Part shown: piece after piece, positions 19,201-28,345 of the stretch
Numbering within the stretch: the first letter of the stretch is position 1
Layout: the number at the start of each line of letters is the position of its first letter
Assembly (NCBI GenBank): GCA_963729715.1
Contig: CAVSPA010000005.1
Coordinates: 128,001-192,000 of the forward strand
Direction of reading: 5' to 3'
DNA from: an uncultured delta proteobacterium
GTDB taxonomy: Bacteria > Desulfobacterota > Syntrophia > Syntrophales > UBA2185
DNA length: 64,000 bases
Program-made: the position numbers and the translations under genes
Notes under the pieces: model-generated
What the model saw: only the letters and a program-made list of their open reading frames with translations
Databases searched by the model: none
Told to the model about the DNA's origin: nothing

Positions 19201-19499
19201 TATTCTATCGCTTAGCTCCATAGAATAAATCCTTGCTGCAAATATGCATAACAATTAATATACGATGCCAACAGTCTAACGATGTCATGAAGAACTAACG
19301 CTGTCTGAGATCGCCTCCTATCCGGCGCCTGAGGCGAATCAGCATCTGAAAATTCTCGCCAGACTGCTGGCTCCTCAAAGCGGTGGCAACGCCATGATAG
19401 CCAGTGGGGCTCAAATAAATTCATTTATTATCAACATTTATTGCCGGTTTTGCGTAACAGATCAAATATACCTCAATTAGGCCTTTTAAATCGGGATGA

Positions 19500-19881
19500 T
19501 TGGGGAATAAAAAAGTGACGTCAAACTTTGCCTCTTGAAATATCTTATGGACCTTTTCATCCAACCAATGTCTTTGATCGATTAATGTGCAATTTGGGAA
19601 TTTTGCATCATGCCCATCACGTTCCCATTCGAAATTAGTTCATATATGGTCCCAAAATCTCTGAACTACATTTCCTTTTCCTATATAAAGAATTTCTCCA
19701 TCCTCCATTGAAGAAAATATATACACCCCTCCTTCCGACTGCCTACAACGTCCTTATATATATCAGGAAATTTCCCGGCAGGAATTTTCTTACAGACCTC
19801 ACATTCAATCTTCTTTCCCATTAATTTAGCAATGGCATTTATAAAATCATTCAATACTTGCGGAACTTCTTTGATATTCAT
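19500..19881 (-). pseudogene. GIY-YIG nuclease pseudogene
   Basis: After a frameshift near 19730 the minus strand reads GVYIFSSMEDGEILYIGKGNVVQRFWDHI-TGA. The 3' boundary is approximate. Confidence 0.65.
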
Positions 19882-20305
19882 TTTCCCCTTCTTTATCCGG
19901 GTGTATGGCTAACAATTAATATCCACACTTTGGTTAAATAGGAACAGCACCCGTTTCGCCCATCTTAGGCCTGTCACGGCGCAGCGATCTTTTACCAATA
20001 ATAATGCTCTCTTCATATGATAAAATCAAGTCATTACCCTTCGGTCAAATTCGGTCAAATATTGAATGCCGTTTGAAATGTAGCATCCTTGTCACCGTTG
20101 GAGAATTATTGAGTTCAGGAAGCTGTGCTTACAGAAAACATTGAACGAAACACCGTCAAAAGTCATCTTTTTAAGAAAATATTTTTAAGATTATCAGTAT
20201 TATCTTAAAAAAACTATTATAGACCATGCATCTACACTGTCCTGGATATAGAATGCATGATTCTGTATGACTATCTTCTTCTTTACGTCGGGTAGGCTTT
20301 TCTGT

Positions 20306-21340
20306 TTATTCTTTGTTAAACATAGTTTCAAAACCACCGACTACTTGGAGGATCTCATCAAACTCCGGCATCTCACCAAAGAACATTTCTCCCTGCATGG
20401 CATTGTAATCTTGCTTCCATGCTGAGACTTGATCTTTTCGGGGGAGAAGACAAAGGGCTCCTTTTTTGAAGGTATCGTAGTCCACCCACTTTATGTTGAA
20501 ATAAACAGCGCGATGTCCGGCCACTCCATGAAATAGAGCAAGATTCTCCATTGCCCGTGCAGCTACACCTCTTCGTATGAGACACCATAAATCATAGTAA
20601 TGCCGGGCAAGGCGGGTTTTTCTAGGTTTATCAATTGGTCTAAAGGTTTCTTCATGTAGCAGCATAGCTTTTTCCCAAAACGTTCTCTCTGGTGCTACTG
20701 CATGGACCATGATTTCTTTTGTGACCAAGAGCTCCGGAAACGCCTTTGCGAGATAGGGCTGGATTGTGGGAGATTCCGTAGGCCATGTGTCAGAGCGCGC
20801 TCCGAGTTCAATTTTCACTTGTGGGCTGAGGTATGAAAAATGGCTAGTTAGAGTTCCTGGATATTTGAACAATAAAGTCTGTTCATCAGGGTCTTCATCC
20901 CTTGAAGCCATCTCTAATGACCACTCAGCGCCATTAGGAAGAGCTTTCATGAAACTTTGCTCAAGAGAAGTTTTCAGCTCGTCACGGATACAGCTCTGGC
21001 AAGCCTTCTTAAGACTCTGTATGCGTTTTCTAAGTTGTTTTGCGCTTTGTGCCTTGTCGGGACTAAGTTCCCCGCCAAAACCGAGAACGTCTCGGCTGAC
21101 CACCACATCAATGTCTTCTGAAAAGCGTTCGATCAAAGCCCATGCTTTTGAAAGGGATGTTCCACCCTTGAAGGTTAAGTGTTCACCCCATCTAGGAAGT
21201 TTGAAAAGTTTCCATAACGTCCAGCACACCCAGAAATCCTTTTCTATGCTCTCTGGTGGTAACCCAAGTTTAGCTTGGGCCTGTTCAAAGTACAGCCGTT
21301 GCTCACTTGGACTTCCATTGATAAAGTTATCCACGTTCAA
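20306..21340 (-). CDS. abiEii: AbiEii/AbiGii-family nucleotidyltransferase toxin (type IV TA)
   Basis: IEKDFWV, FKGGTSLSK, RFSEDID, ERTFWEK, RHYYD. Confidence 0.92.
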   Translation of the reverse strand: MNVDNFINGSPSEQRLYFEQAQAKLGLPPESIEKDFWVCWTLWKLFKLPRWGEHLTFKGGTSLSKAWALIERFSEDIDVVVSRDVLGFGGELSPDKAQSAKQLRKRIQSLKKACQSCIRDELKTSLEQSFMKALPNGAEWSLEMASRDEDPDEQTLLFKYPGTLTSHFSYLSPQVKIELGARSDTWPTESPTIQPYLAKAFPELLVTKEIMVHAVAPERTFWEKAMLLHEETFRPIDKPRKTRLARHYYDLWCLIRRGVAARAMENLALFHGVAGHRAVYFNIKWVDYDTFKKGALCLLPRKDQVSAWKQDYNAMQGEMFFGEMPEFDEILQVVGGFETMFNKE

Positions 21341-21944
21341 TCACCGTTTTGCTGGCAATGTTCCGTATTATAGATGCGATCCAAGCTGGAGCGTAGCGAA
21401 GATCTTTGCTTAGCTGATTCATGTCGTCATCGCTCAGGCGTCGTTTGAGGGCATGAAGCATAGAATCATCTATATTCTTCCGGCCTATATAACGAAGAGC
21501 CTGTATAACAAGACCGCTAACCCTACCGGCAGTAGCCGTATTTCGTGGTGTGGTACGCCTGAGAATGATTTCCTGCTTTCCCAACTTTACATGTTTAGAC
21601 GGACCGTTTGTTAGGAATACGACTTTCATTGGAACTTGGTTGGAGAGGCCAAGAAGGTTTGCTGCATATGCACCGGAGGGTTGTAAGCGTGTGGCATCTC
21701 GATCTATGAGAGCCTGCGCGACGGCGTCTACTGAAGGAGATAGAAGACCGAGTTGAGGATGCTTGCGTGGATAATCGTAGAGACCACGCTTCAAGCGACG
21801 AATAGTTCCCTTACGGTGAAGCCGTGTAAGTGCCATACCGATGCTGCGGGGATCAGCAAGAGCAGAAAATAGTTTTGGCGTAAACACGATACCCCTCCCA
21901 CGACCGTAAATCATAGAAAGTAGTTTATCATCAATACTTTGCAT
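21327..21944 (-). CDS. abiEi: AbiEi-like antitoxin (DUF6088)
   Basis: wHTH with IRRLKRGLY and GAYAANLLGLSNQVP; directly upstream of and overlapping the toxin gene. Confidence 0.88.
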   Translation of the reverse strand: MQSIDDKLLSMIYGRGRGIVFTPKLFSALADPRSIGMALTRLHRKGTIRRLKRGLYDYPRKHPQLGLLSPSVDAVAQALIDRDATRLQPSGAYAANLLGLSNQVPMKVVFLTNGPSKHVKLGKQEIILRRTTPRNTATAGRVSGLVIQALRYIGRKNIDDSMLHALKRRLSDDDMNQLSKDLRYAPAWIASIIRNIASKTVIERG

Positions 21945-21959
21945 AACGATTCCCAATAA

Positions 21960-21998
21960 TTTTTTGTTGAAAAAACTATACATAATTTTCAACAAAAA
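21960..21998 (-). promoter_or_regulatory. Inverted-repeat operator of abiE
   Basis: TTTTTGTTGAAAA-N12-TTTTCAACAAAAA directly upstream of abiEi; AbiEi proteins autoregulate via promoter IRs. Confidence 0.65.
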
Positions 21999-22155
21999 AC
22001 AATGGATTTTTTTTGTTGTTGAAACGTGGGATAAAGGTACGAACATAGCACCATTTCTTTGGCCTGGCGGAATGCTGATCTACCTCGGCAACAAGATTTT
22101 CAAAATTGCAGAGCCTTCTATTTGGGCTATACCATCAAGGAGATTGTTCGGCAGT

Positions 22156-22218
22156 TAGGTGTCTATATAGGTGTCTATCAGCGGTGAAAAGGTGTCCATA
22201 TAGGTGGCTATCAGCGGT
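22156..22218 (+). repeat. Arm-type integrase-binding direct repeats
   Basis: Four copies of (T/A)AGGTG(T/G)C(T/C)A at 22156, 22168, 22189 and 22201, about 120 bp inside the att core. Confidence 0.6.
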
Positions 22219-22327
22219 ATCACTCAATACTGCCAGATATCACTCGATATAAGATAAGTACTTAATTATACTGAATTTAATATCTTCCGGTAATAAGTGG
22301 CAGCACTCAGTATAATAGTAGTCAGAG

Positions 22328-22375
22328 GGATTCCTAATCCGTGTGCCGCGTGTTCGAGTCACGCCGGGGGCACCA
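22328..22375 (+). tRNA. 3' half of tRNA-Arg(CCT), attR-like duplicate (not a complete tRNA)
   Basis: GGA-TTCCTAA-TCCGT anticodon loop, T-arm GCGTG-TTCGAGT-CACGC, acceptor strand CGGGGGC-A-CCA; no D-arm or 5' acceptor strand upstream. Confidence 0.88.
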
Positions 22376-23818
22376 CTCTTCCCCTCCCTTCGCGCCCGCT
22401 CGATCACGCCTATTGTCTCTTCCGTGCAGCATGTACTGGTGATATTTCGCGAGGTAGCAGGCAGCGAGGGCTGCGTCCTCAGGCGCCTGAAAGACGGGGA
22501 TTCCCGCCTCCTGCAAAATTCTCTCATCCTCAAGCATCTCCTCCCGGGACGCCAGGATGCAAACGATAATCGGTTTCGACGTCCGTCGCTTCAGTTCCGC
22601 CAGGGCTCTTGCAGGAGTCTCAAAGTTCCGGTGGATGGCGTAAATTGGAATGACCATGTCGACGCCGTCATCCTCTACTACTGCCTCCACACACTTTGGA
22701 TAAACATCGACGAAAGTTCCGGAGCCCGTGAGGTCTATGGGATTCGGGGAGAGAACGATGGGAACATGTTCCCCGATGATCTTTTTTATCCTGCCAAGGG
22801 TCTGTTCCGACGCACGCGCCAGGAGACAACCGTTTTCGATCAGTGTATCCAATGCAAGAATACTCGGGCCCGCGGTGTGCGTCAAAACGGCCACCCGTGT
22901 GCCGACAGCATGTGAGGCTATGGCCAGAGCCTTGCAGACCGTTGCCAGCTCTTGCGAGTTCCTCACTTCAAGGATCCTGTATTGCCGACAGGCGCCTTTG
23001 AATATCCCGTATGTTCCCCCTATGGTGCCTGTGTGGCTTGCCGCTGCGGCGCTCACCAATTCAGACCTCGCACCCTTAAGGACGACGAGGGGTTTCTTCT
23101 GCGACAGGATTCTTGCGGCGTCCATGAATCCGCGGCCGTCTTCTATGCCTTCCACGAACGCCGCCACCACCCGCGTGTCATCGTCATCTGCGAAGTAGTG
23201 GAACATGTCGCTGAATTCAAGATTGGTGCGGTTCCCCAGGCAGACCCATTTGTTCACACCCACATGCCGGTCGATTAAATCATTGAACATGGTGCACGCC
23301 GTACCGCCGCTCTGGCTTACGATGGATACGGAGCCCAGCGGATTTCCCTTCTTGAACGACCAGAAGGTCGCGTATAGACGCTGGTTGTTGTTGATCACGC
23401 CGAGAATGTTCGGCCCGAAGATGATGATCTCATTTTTGTTTGCCACCTCTTTCAGTTTCTTTTCATATCGCAAACCCTCAGTGCCGACCTCCTTGAATCC
23501 TCCGGCAAAACAGACGAGCCCTTTGACACCGATCCTGGCGCAGCTCTCGATTACGGATTCTGTTGTCAGCTTCGCATTCAAACCGCTGATGACAAGGTCT
23601 ACGGGATGGCCGATCTCTTCAAGTGTGGAATAAACCTTGAGGCCCAAAAGTTTTCTCAGGCGGGGATGAACAGGGTATATGGGACCGGGAAATCCTTCCA
23701 GCATGAGAATATCCACGACCTGTGTGCCGAGATTGTTTGGCGCGTCAGAGACACCGAGTACTGCGACGCTTTTCGGACAAAGGGCCTCTTTGATTCTCTG
23801 TAACTTCCACTTCTCCAT
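22334..23818 (-). CDS. NDP-forming acyl-CoA synthetase alpha-like (CoA-binding) protein
   Basis: PKSVAVLGVS, GPNILG, SQSGG, AAASHTG (phospho-His), NPIDLTG. Confidence 0.88.
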   Translation of the reverse strand: MEKWKLQRIKEALCPKSVAVLGVSDAPNNLGTQVVDILMLEGFPGPIYPVHPRLRKLLGLKVYSTLEEIGHPVDLVISGLNAKLTTESVIESCARIGVKGLVCFAGGFKEVGTEGLRYEKKLKEVANKNEIIIFGPNILGVINNNQRLYATFWSFKKGNPLGSVSIVSQSGGTACTMFNDLIDRHVGVNKWVCLGNRTNLEFSDMFHYFADDDDTRVVAAFVEGIEDGRGFMDAARILSQKKPLVVLKGARSELVSAAAASHTGTIGGTYGIFKGACRQYRILEVRNSQELATVCKALAIASHAVGTRVAVLTHTAGPSILALDTLIENGCLLARASEQTLGRIKKIIGEHVPIVLSPNPIDLTGSGTFVDVYPKCVEAVVEDDGVDMVIPIYAIHRNFETPARALAELKRRTSKPIIVCILASREEMLEDERILQEAGIPVFQAPEDAALAACYLAKYHQYMLHGRDNRRDRAGAKGGEEWCPRRDSNTRHTD

Positions 23819-23959
23819 GATAGTTGTCCTTGGTATGCGTGTTGACTTTTTTCTTGCGTAAAGATTTTAATTGCATTAACTAAGCAAAGAAATGAAACCA
23901 AGTAAACAAATATTTACGAGAACGCGTGAACGTGAGAAACAATTAACGGAGGACACTCA

Positions 23960-24289
23960 ATGGCGGAAAAGACAGCGGAGCAATTTGACGATGTAACTGT
24001 AATTTGCAAGGCGAACATATTCTTCGAAGGCAAGGTGATAAGCTATACTGTTTTGCTTAAGGATGGCAGGAAAAAGACAATCGGCCTGATTCATCCGGGA
24101 TCTTTCAAGTTCAATACCGATGCCACGGAGAAAATGGAAATTACCGCCGGCAACTGTCTGGTACGGCGAGCCGGCGAAAAGCAATGGAATACCTATTCGG
24201 CAGGTGAATATTTCCAGGTGGCCGGTGGATCCTGGTTTGAGATAGTAGTGGACGGAAGCATACTGGAATACATCTGCTCATTCGAATGA
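23960..24289 (+). CDS. ppnP: Pyrimidine/purine nucleoside phosphorylase
   Basis: ANIFFEGKVIS, KTIG, EKMEITAG, EYICSF; 109 aa cupin. Confidence 0.85.
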   Translation: MAEKTAEQFDDVTVICKANIFFEGKVISYTVLLKDGRKKTIGLIHPGSFKFNTDATEKMEITAGNCLVRRAGEKQWNTYSAGEYFQVAGGSWFEIVVDGSILEYICSFE

Positions 24290-24328
24290 TGCTTGGCAGA
24301 AAATAGATTAAACAAAAGGAGGGTTCAA

Positions 24329-25252
24329 ATGTTCACACGTCAAATTCGACTGGCAGGTATTGTCCTGTTAATTCTTTTTATGGGACAAACGGGAGTGTAT
24401 TCTGCAACACCGGATTTTGCCAATGTACAAATCCAGACGGAAAAAGTTGCGGACAACGTTTTCATGCTCGTCGGAGCCGGTGGGAACATCGGTGTTTCCG
24501 CCGGGAAGGACTGTGTCTTCATGATCGATACCTCATATGCCCCCCTTGCGGACAAGATCAAGGCCGCCATCTCTGCAGTCAGCGGCAAACCCATTCAATA
24601 CGTCGTGAACACGCACTGGCATCAGGATCATGTAGGTGGCAATGAATATTTCGCCAAGGCAGGGGCGACTGTGGTTGCTCATGACAATGTCCGTAAACGG
24701 GTCAGCACCGAGCAGGTCGTCAAGATTCTAAATAAGACAGTGCCCCCTTTGCCTGAATCGGCGCTGCCTGTCATCACCTTCAGTCGGAGCGTAACCTTTC
24801 ATCTGAATGGAAATGAAATATTCATTTTTCATATTGAACGAGCCCATACCGACGGGGACGCCATCGTTCATTTTAAAAAATCCAATGTCATCCACCTGGG
24901 GGACATTTATTTTAATGGTCTGTACCCTTTCATCGATCTCTCCGCGGGCGGTTCGATAAACGGCATGATAGCGGCGGTGAAACGGATACTCTTGCTTTGT
25001 GATCAGAATACGAAGGTGATACCGGGACACGGTCATCTGTCCAATAAGGCTGAATTGCAGGAGTACCTCAAGATGCTGATTGCCGTGAGAGACCGGGTCA
25101 GTAGTGAGATCAAGGCCGGACAGCCTCTCGCTGCCGTTATCGCCTCCCAGCCGACGTGCGATCTTGACCCCGTGTGGGGAAAGGGTTTCATGAAGCCGGA
25201 ACAGTTTGTGACGATTGTGTATGAGAGCTTGGCAAAAGAGAAATCACGTTGA
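24329..25252 (+). CDS. Exported MBL-fold metallo-hydrolase
   Basis: Signal peptide, THWHQDH, AHTDGD, IPGHG. Confidence 0.9.
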   Translation: MFTRQIRLAGIVLLILFMGQTGVYSATPDFANVQIQTEKVADNVFMLVGAGGNIGVSAGKDCVFMIDTSYAPLADKIKAAISAVSGKPIQYVVNTHWHQDHVGGNEYFAKAGATVVAHDNVRKRVSTEQVVKILNKTVPPLPESALPVITFSRSVTFHLNGNEIFIFHIERAHTDGDAIVHFKKSNVIHLGDIYFNGLYPFIDLSAGGSINGMIAAVKRILLLCDQNTKVIPGHGHLSNKAELQEYLKMLIAVRDRVSSEIKAGQPLAAVIASQPTCDLDPVWGKGFMKPEQFVTIVYESLAKEKSR

Positions 25253-25270
25253 AGCGCAACGCCCCCCCCT

Positions 25271-25357
25271 TGTCATTTCGAAGGAACGCAGTGACTGAGA
25301 AATCTTAATGTCCTTCTCTCAGTCAGGAAAAATATTTCTCGCGTTGCTCGAAATGAC
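25271..25357. repeat. REP-like palindrome family GTCATT...AATGAC (also at about 28113, 29224/30978, 31017, 32674, 36706-36814, 40402-40515, 52309)
   Basis: Recurrent intergenic TGTCATTTCG...GAGAAATCT / AGATTTCTC...CGAAATGACA and GGATTCCCG...CGGGAATGAC hairpins. Confidence 0.8.
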
Positions 25358-25395
25358 GAGAAAATAAGATCCTTCCCGGGGCAGCATGACGGCGG

Positions 25396-25884
25396 CTATT
25401 TTGTTGTGTACCCGCGACCGTCAAGACAGGCGCCCATCGCCCGTTGATAGTCTGCACGAATTTGGTTCAACTGGGCCTGTGTCATGCCACCGGTAGGATA
25501 AGTCGGATCGTAATGTGTCTGGCCTACAGCCCAGCTATGGCATTCGTAACGATCCTTCGCCTGCAGCTCTTCGCTCTGGCCCTGCCGGGCATAGACAAAG
25601 ATCCTGTCAGACGATGATGGCTGTACTGATGGCGCAGGTTGCACATAAACCTGAGGCTGTTCCCGGATCACCACCGGCGGAGGCGCGTAATAGGGTGAAT
25701 AATAATAGGGCCCATAATAATAAGGTGCAGGCGCATAATAAGGCGCCAGAACTGCTGCACCTCCTACTACAGCCCAAGGCGCCCACCACCAACCCCAATG
25801 GCCGCCTCTTGCCTCACTGGGCAATGGGTTTACGAGAAAGATGATCATTGTGAATATAAGAACTGCGCAGGCAGCTTTCTTCAT
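25396..25884 (-). CDS. Exported Pro/Tyr-rich hypothetical protein
   Basis: Signal peptide, YYAPPP-rich linker, C-terminal DRYECHSWA...ACLDGRGY. Confidence 0.75.
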   Translation of the reverse strand: MKKAACAVLIFTMIIFLVNPLPSEARGGHWGWWWAPWAVVGGAAVLAPYYAPAPYYYGPYYYSPYYAPPPVVIREQPQVYVQPAPSVQPSSSDRIFVYARQGQSEELQAKDRYECHSWAVGQTHYDPTYPTGGMTQAQLNQIRADYQRAMGACLDGRGYTTK

Positions 25885-25965
25885 GTTTGTCCTCCTTGCT
25901 TGATTCTGTAGATATGTTCTTAATCTTTGTACTCCCCTTTTCAGAGTATCTCCATACGTAAAACA

Positions 25966-25981
25966 AGCAAAAAGCAGGCCT
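25966..25981 (-). promoter_or_regulatory. Putative sigma54 promoter
   Basis: Minus strand AGGCCTGCTTTTTGCT (GG-N10-GC), with repeated TGGAT/ATCCA sites 70-140 bp upstream. Confidence 0.45.
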
Positions 25982-26141
25982 GAAATAGGAAGGCATGTCT
26001 AAGTGTAAGATTCCAAATCACATACAGCAATAATACATTTTTTTGATTGGATTATTCCCATTAGAAATTGGATAGAATGTATACAGTGATTAGTATCCAG
26101 TTGAGTAATAATTATCCAGGAAGGCAGTCGGTTATTTATTC

Positions 26142-26166
26142 GCAGGATTAAAGTCCTGCACTACAT
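26142..26166. repeat. GTAG-type REP (GTAGTGCAGGACTTTAGTCCTGC); also at 45819, 45856, 48857, 48897
   Basis: Near-identical intergenic palindromes with a GTAG/CTAC foot. Confidence 0.8.
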
Positions 26167-26180
26167 TATTATATTGGGGT

Positions 26181-26218
26181 AGTCAACATTTGACTTAACT
26201 CAAAGGAAACTGTAGATT
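26181..26218 (+). promoter_or_regulatory. Sigma70 promoter with overlapping palindromic operator
   Basis: TTGACT-17 bp-TAGATT; AGTCAA-CAT-TTGACT palindrome covers the -35 box. Confidence 0.55.
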
Positions 26219-26251
26219 ACGTTCTAAAAAAAATCATAACAGGGTGCTTCT

Positions 26252-27289
26252 ATGAAAACACGGATTACAGAACTTTTTGGGATAAAATACCCCATACTCC
26301 TCTCCGGCATGAGCTGGATCAGCGTGCCGAAGATGGTGGCAGCAGTATCCAACGCAGGAGGTCTGGGGATCTTGGCCACAGGCCCTCTCAGCGCCGAGGA
26401 GACAAGAAAGGCCGTTCATGAAATCAGGGCATTGACCGATAAACCCTTTGGCGCCAATATTGCGCTCTTGTTTCCCGGGGCCGTGGAAAGTGCGAAGGTC
26501 TTATTGGAGGAGAAGGTGCCCGTTATCAACTTTTCCCTCGGCAAGGGCGACTGGCTTGTCAAGCAGGCCCACGCATACGGAGGCAAAGTCGTTGCCACCG
26601 TCGTCAGTGCCTATCATGCAAAGAGGGCACAGGACTATGGCTGTGATGCCGTCATTGCCACCGGTCATGAAGCGGCAGCTCATGGAGAAGCCCTGACCAC
26701 ATTCATTTTGATCCCCACGCTCGCCGATGCCTTAAAGATTCCTGTGATAGCTGCCGGCGGTATCGGTGACGGCCGGGGTTTAGCGGCGGCACTGGTACTG
26801 GGCGCGGATGGGGTTGCCATGGGGACCCGACTCATGACGACGAAAGAAAGTCCGCTTCATGAATTCTACAAAAAACTCTCTATCGAAAAGGTGGCCACTG
26901 ATACCCTCTTCTCCAATCGTTTTGACGGTCTCCTCTGCCGGGTCCTGAAGACCGATGCGGCCTCTCGCGCCATCACGCGCGGGCTTGATCTTCCGGCGGC
27001 CTTCTTCAATTCCCGCGAGATTGCCCGGCAGATCCATGCCCCATACTGGAAGCTGTGTCTCGGTGTTATGGCTTCGGGATGGAAGAACGCCAAGCAGATG
27101 GCCTTCATGGCTAACGCCTTTAAGGCAATTCGCGTCGCCACAGAGCAGGGCGATACGAAGGAAGGGGTGCTTCCCGCTGGTCAGGTAACGGGACTCATTC
27201 ACGATGAGCCCACGATAGCGGAGCTCTTCGAGCGGTTCGTTGCCGAAGCGAAAACGATTCAGCAGCAACTTGCGGTAAAGATGGACTGA
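26252..27289 (+). CDS. Nitronate monooxygenase / FabK-like flavin oxidoreductase
   Basis: AVSNAGGLG, PVIAAGGIGDGRG, MGTR, AGQVTG. Confidence 0.9.
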   Translation: MKTRITELFGIKYPILLSGMSWISVPKMVAAVSNAGGLGILATGPLSAEETRKAVHEIRALTDKPFGANIALLFPGAVESAKVLLEEKVPVINFSLGKGDWLVKQAHAYGGKVVATVVSAYHAKRAQDYGCDAVIATGHEAAAHGEALTTFILIPTLADALKIPVIAAGGIGDGRGLAAALVLGADGVAMGTRLMTTKESPLHEFYKKLSIEKVATDTLFSNRFDGLLCRVLKTDAASRAITRGLDLPAAFFNSREIARQIHAPYWKLCLGVMASGWKNAKQMAFMANAFKAIRVATEQGDTKEGVLPAGQVTGLIHDEPTIAELFERFVAEAKTIQQQLAVKMD

Positions 27290-27360
27290 GGCAGGATGCT
27301 GTTCCATTGTGAAATGATGACCTGGCATAAAATTTTTAGAGAATCCATGGAGGTGCCGGC

Positions 27361-28083
27361 ATGGCTGTCGTAGAGTGGAAAAGGGATGATACCGTTGCTG
27401 TCGTTAAATTGGTAAACGGAGAAAATAGGTTCAACCCCGTCTTCATCAAGGAATTCCTCCAGGTCTTCGATGAAATCGAGAAAGATAAGGCTGTAAATGC
27501 GGTCGTGATTGTTTCCACTGATGTGAAAAGCTGGTCCCAGGGAATAGACCTCATCTGGATGCAGGGCCGTATGGCCGAACATGACCCTCAGGCGATCCGC
27601 GGTTTCCTCTATGGCCTGAACGATATTTTCAAAAAGATACTCCTCTTTCCTGTGCCCGTCATCTGCGCCATCAATGGACATGCCGTAGCAGGCGGGGCTA
27701 TTCTGTCCCTGGCCTGTGATTTCCGCTTCATGAGGGCCGATAAGGGATTCTTTTTCTTCTCCGAGGTCGACGTGGGCATTCCCTTCATACCGGGCATGAT
27801 GGCATTTTGCCGGAAGGCCATTCCCGAATATAAATTCGAGGAAATGATGTACACGGGAAGGCGCTATGGCGCCCCCGAAATGGAAGCGCACCACGTGGTA
27901 ATGAAAGCCTGCCCCAACGAAGAGGCCGTGATCGCGGAGGCCATGGCTTTTGCCCGCACCTTCAATAAGAAACGCGGGGTCTTTGGCGAAATGAAGCGGC
28001 GTATGCACAAGCATATCATCGACATCTTAGATAAGGAGGACCGCGAATACATCGAGCCACTTAAGGTTGTATACGGAGACTGA
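27361..28083 (+). CDS. Enoyl-CoA hydratase/isomerase
   Basis: SQGIDL, AINGHAVAGG, ACDFR. Confidence 0.9.
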   Translation: MAVVEWKRDDTVAVVKLVNGENRFNPVFIKEFLQVFDEIEKDKAVNAVVIVSTDVKSWSQGIDLIWMQGRMAEHDPQAIRGFLYGLNDIFKKILLFPVPVICAINGHAVAGGAILSLACDFRFMRADKGFFFFSEVDVGIPFIPGMMAFCRKAIPEYKFEEMMYTGRRYGAPEMEAHHVVMKACPNEEAVIAEAMAFARTFNKKRGVFGEMKRRMHKHIIDILDKEDREYIEPLKVVYGD

Positions 28084-28345
28084 AAATAAGAGTGCGTTAT
28101 TCCAGCGCCCTTCTTGTCATTCCAGCGAACGCTGGAATGACAAGGGCATCTTGCATGATAGGCACGAGTTGAAGGGACTGTGGATAAGAGGAAGTTGTCG
28201 AATATCGTACCTGATTGAAGCTCTCCGAAGTGAACTGCGGAGAATCTCCAATCCATAAGGAGAAATAATGTTTCCCATTCGCTCGCTTACCCCGCCGCAA
28301 GCTAAGGGGTTGCGCTCGCTGCCGGATTCAGATAAATGATGCAAC

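Larger units (their letters stand above)
1..22375. mobile_element. Genomic (defence) island, right part, integrated at tRNA-Arg(CCT)
   Basis: Ends in a tRNA 3'-half duplicate with arm-type repeats just inside it. Contains ISs, TA, nucleases, attC-like sites and AT-rich segments; housekeeping genes begin immediately to the right. Confidence 0.75.

Noticed and set aside
22295..22375. Complete tRNA-Arg gene
   Set aside because: The upstream sequence cannot form the acceptor 5' strand or D-arm, and the anticodon stem is mismatched; only the 3' half is present.
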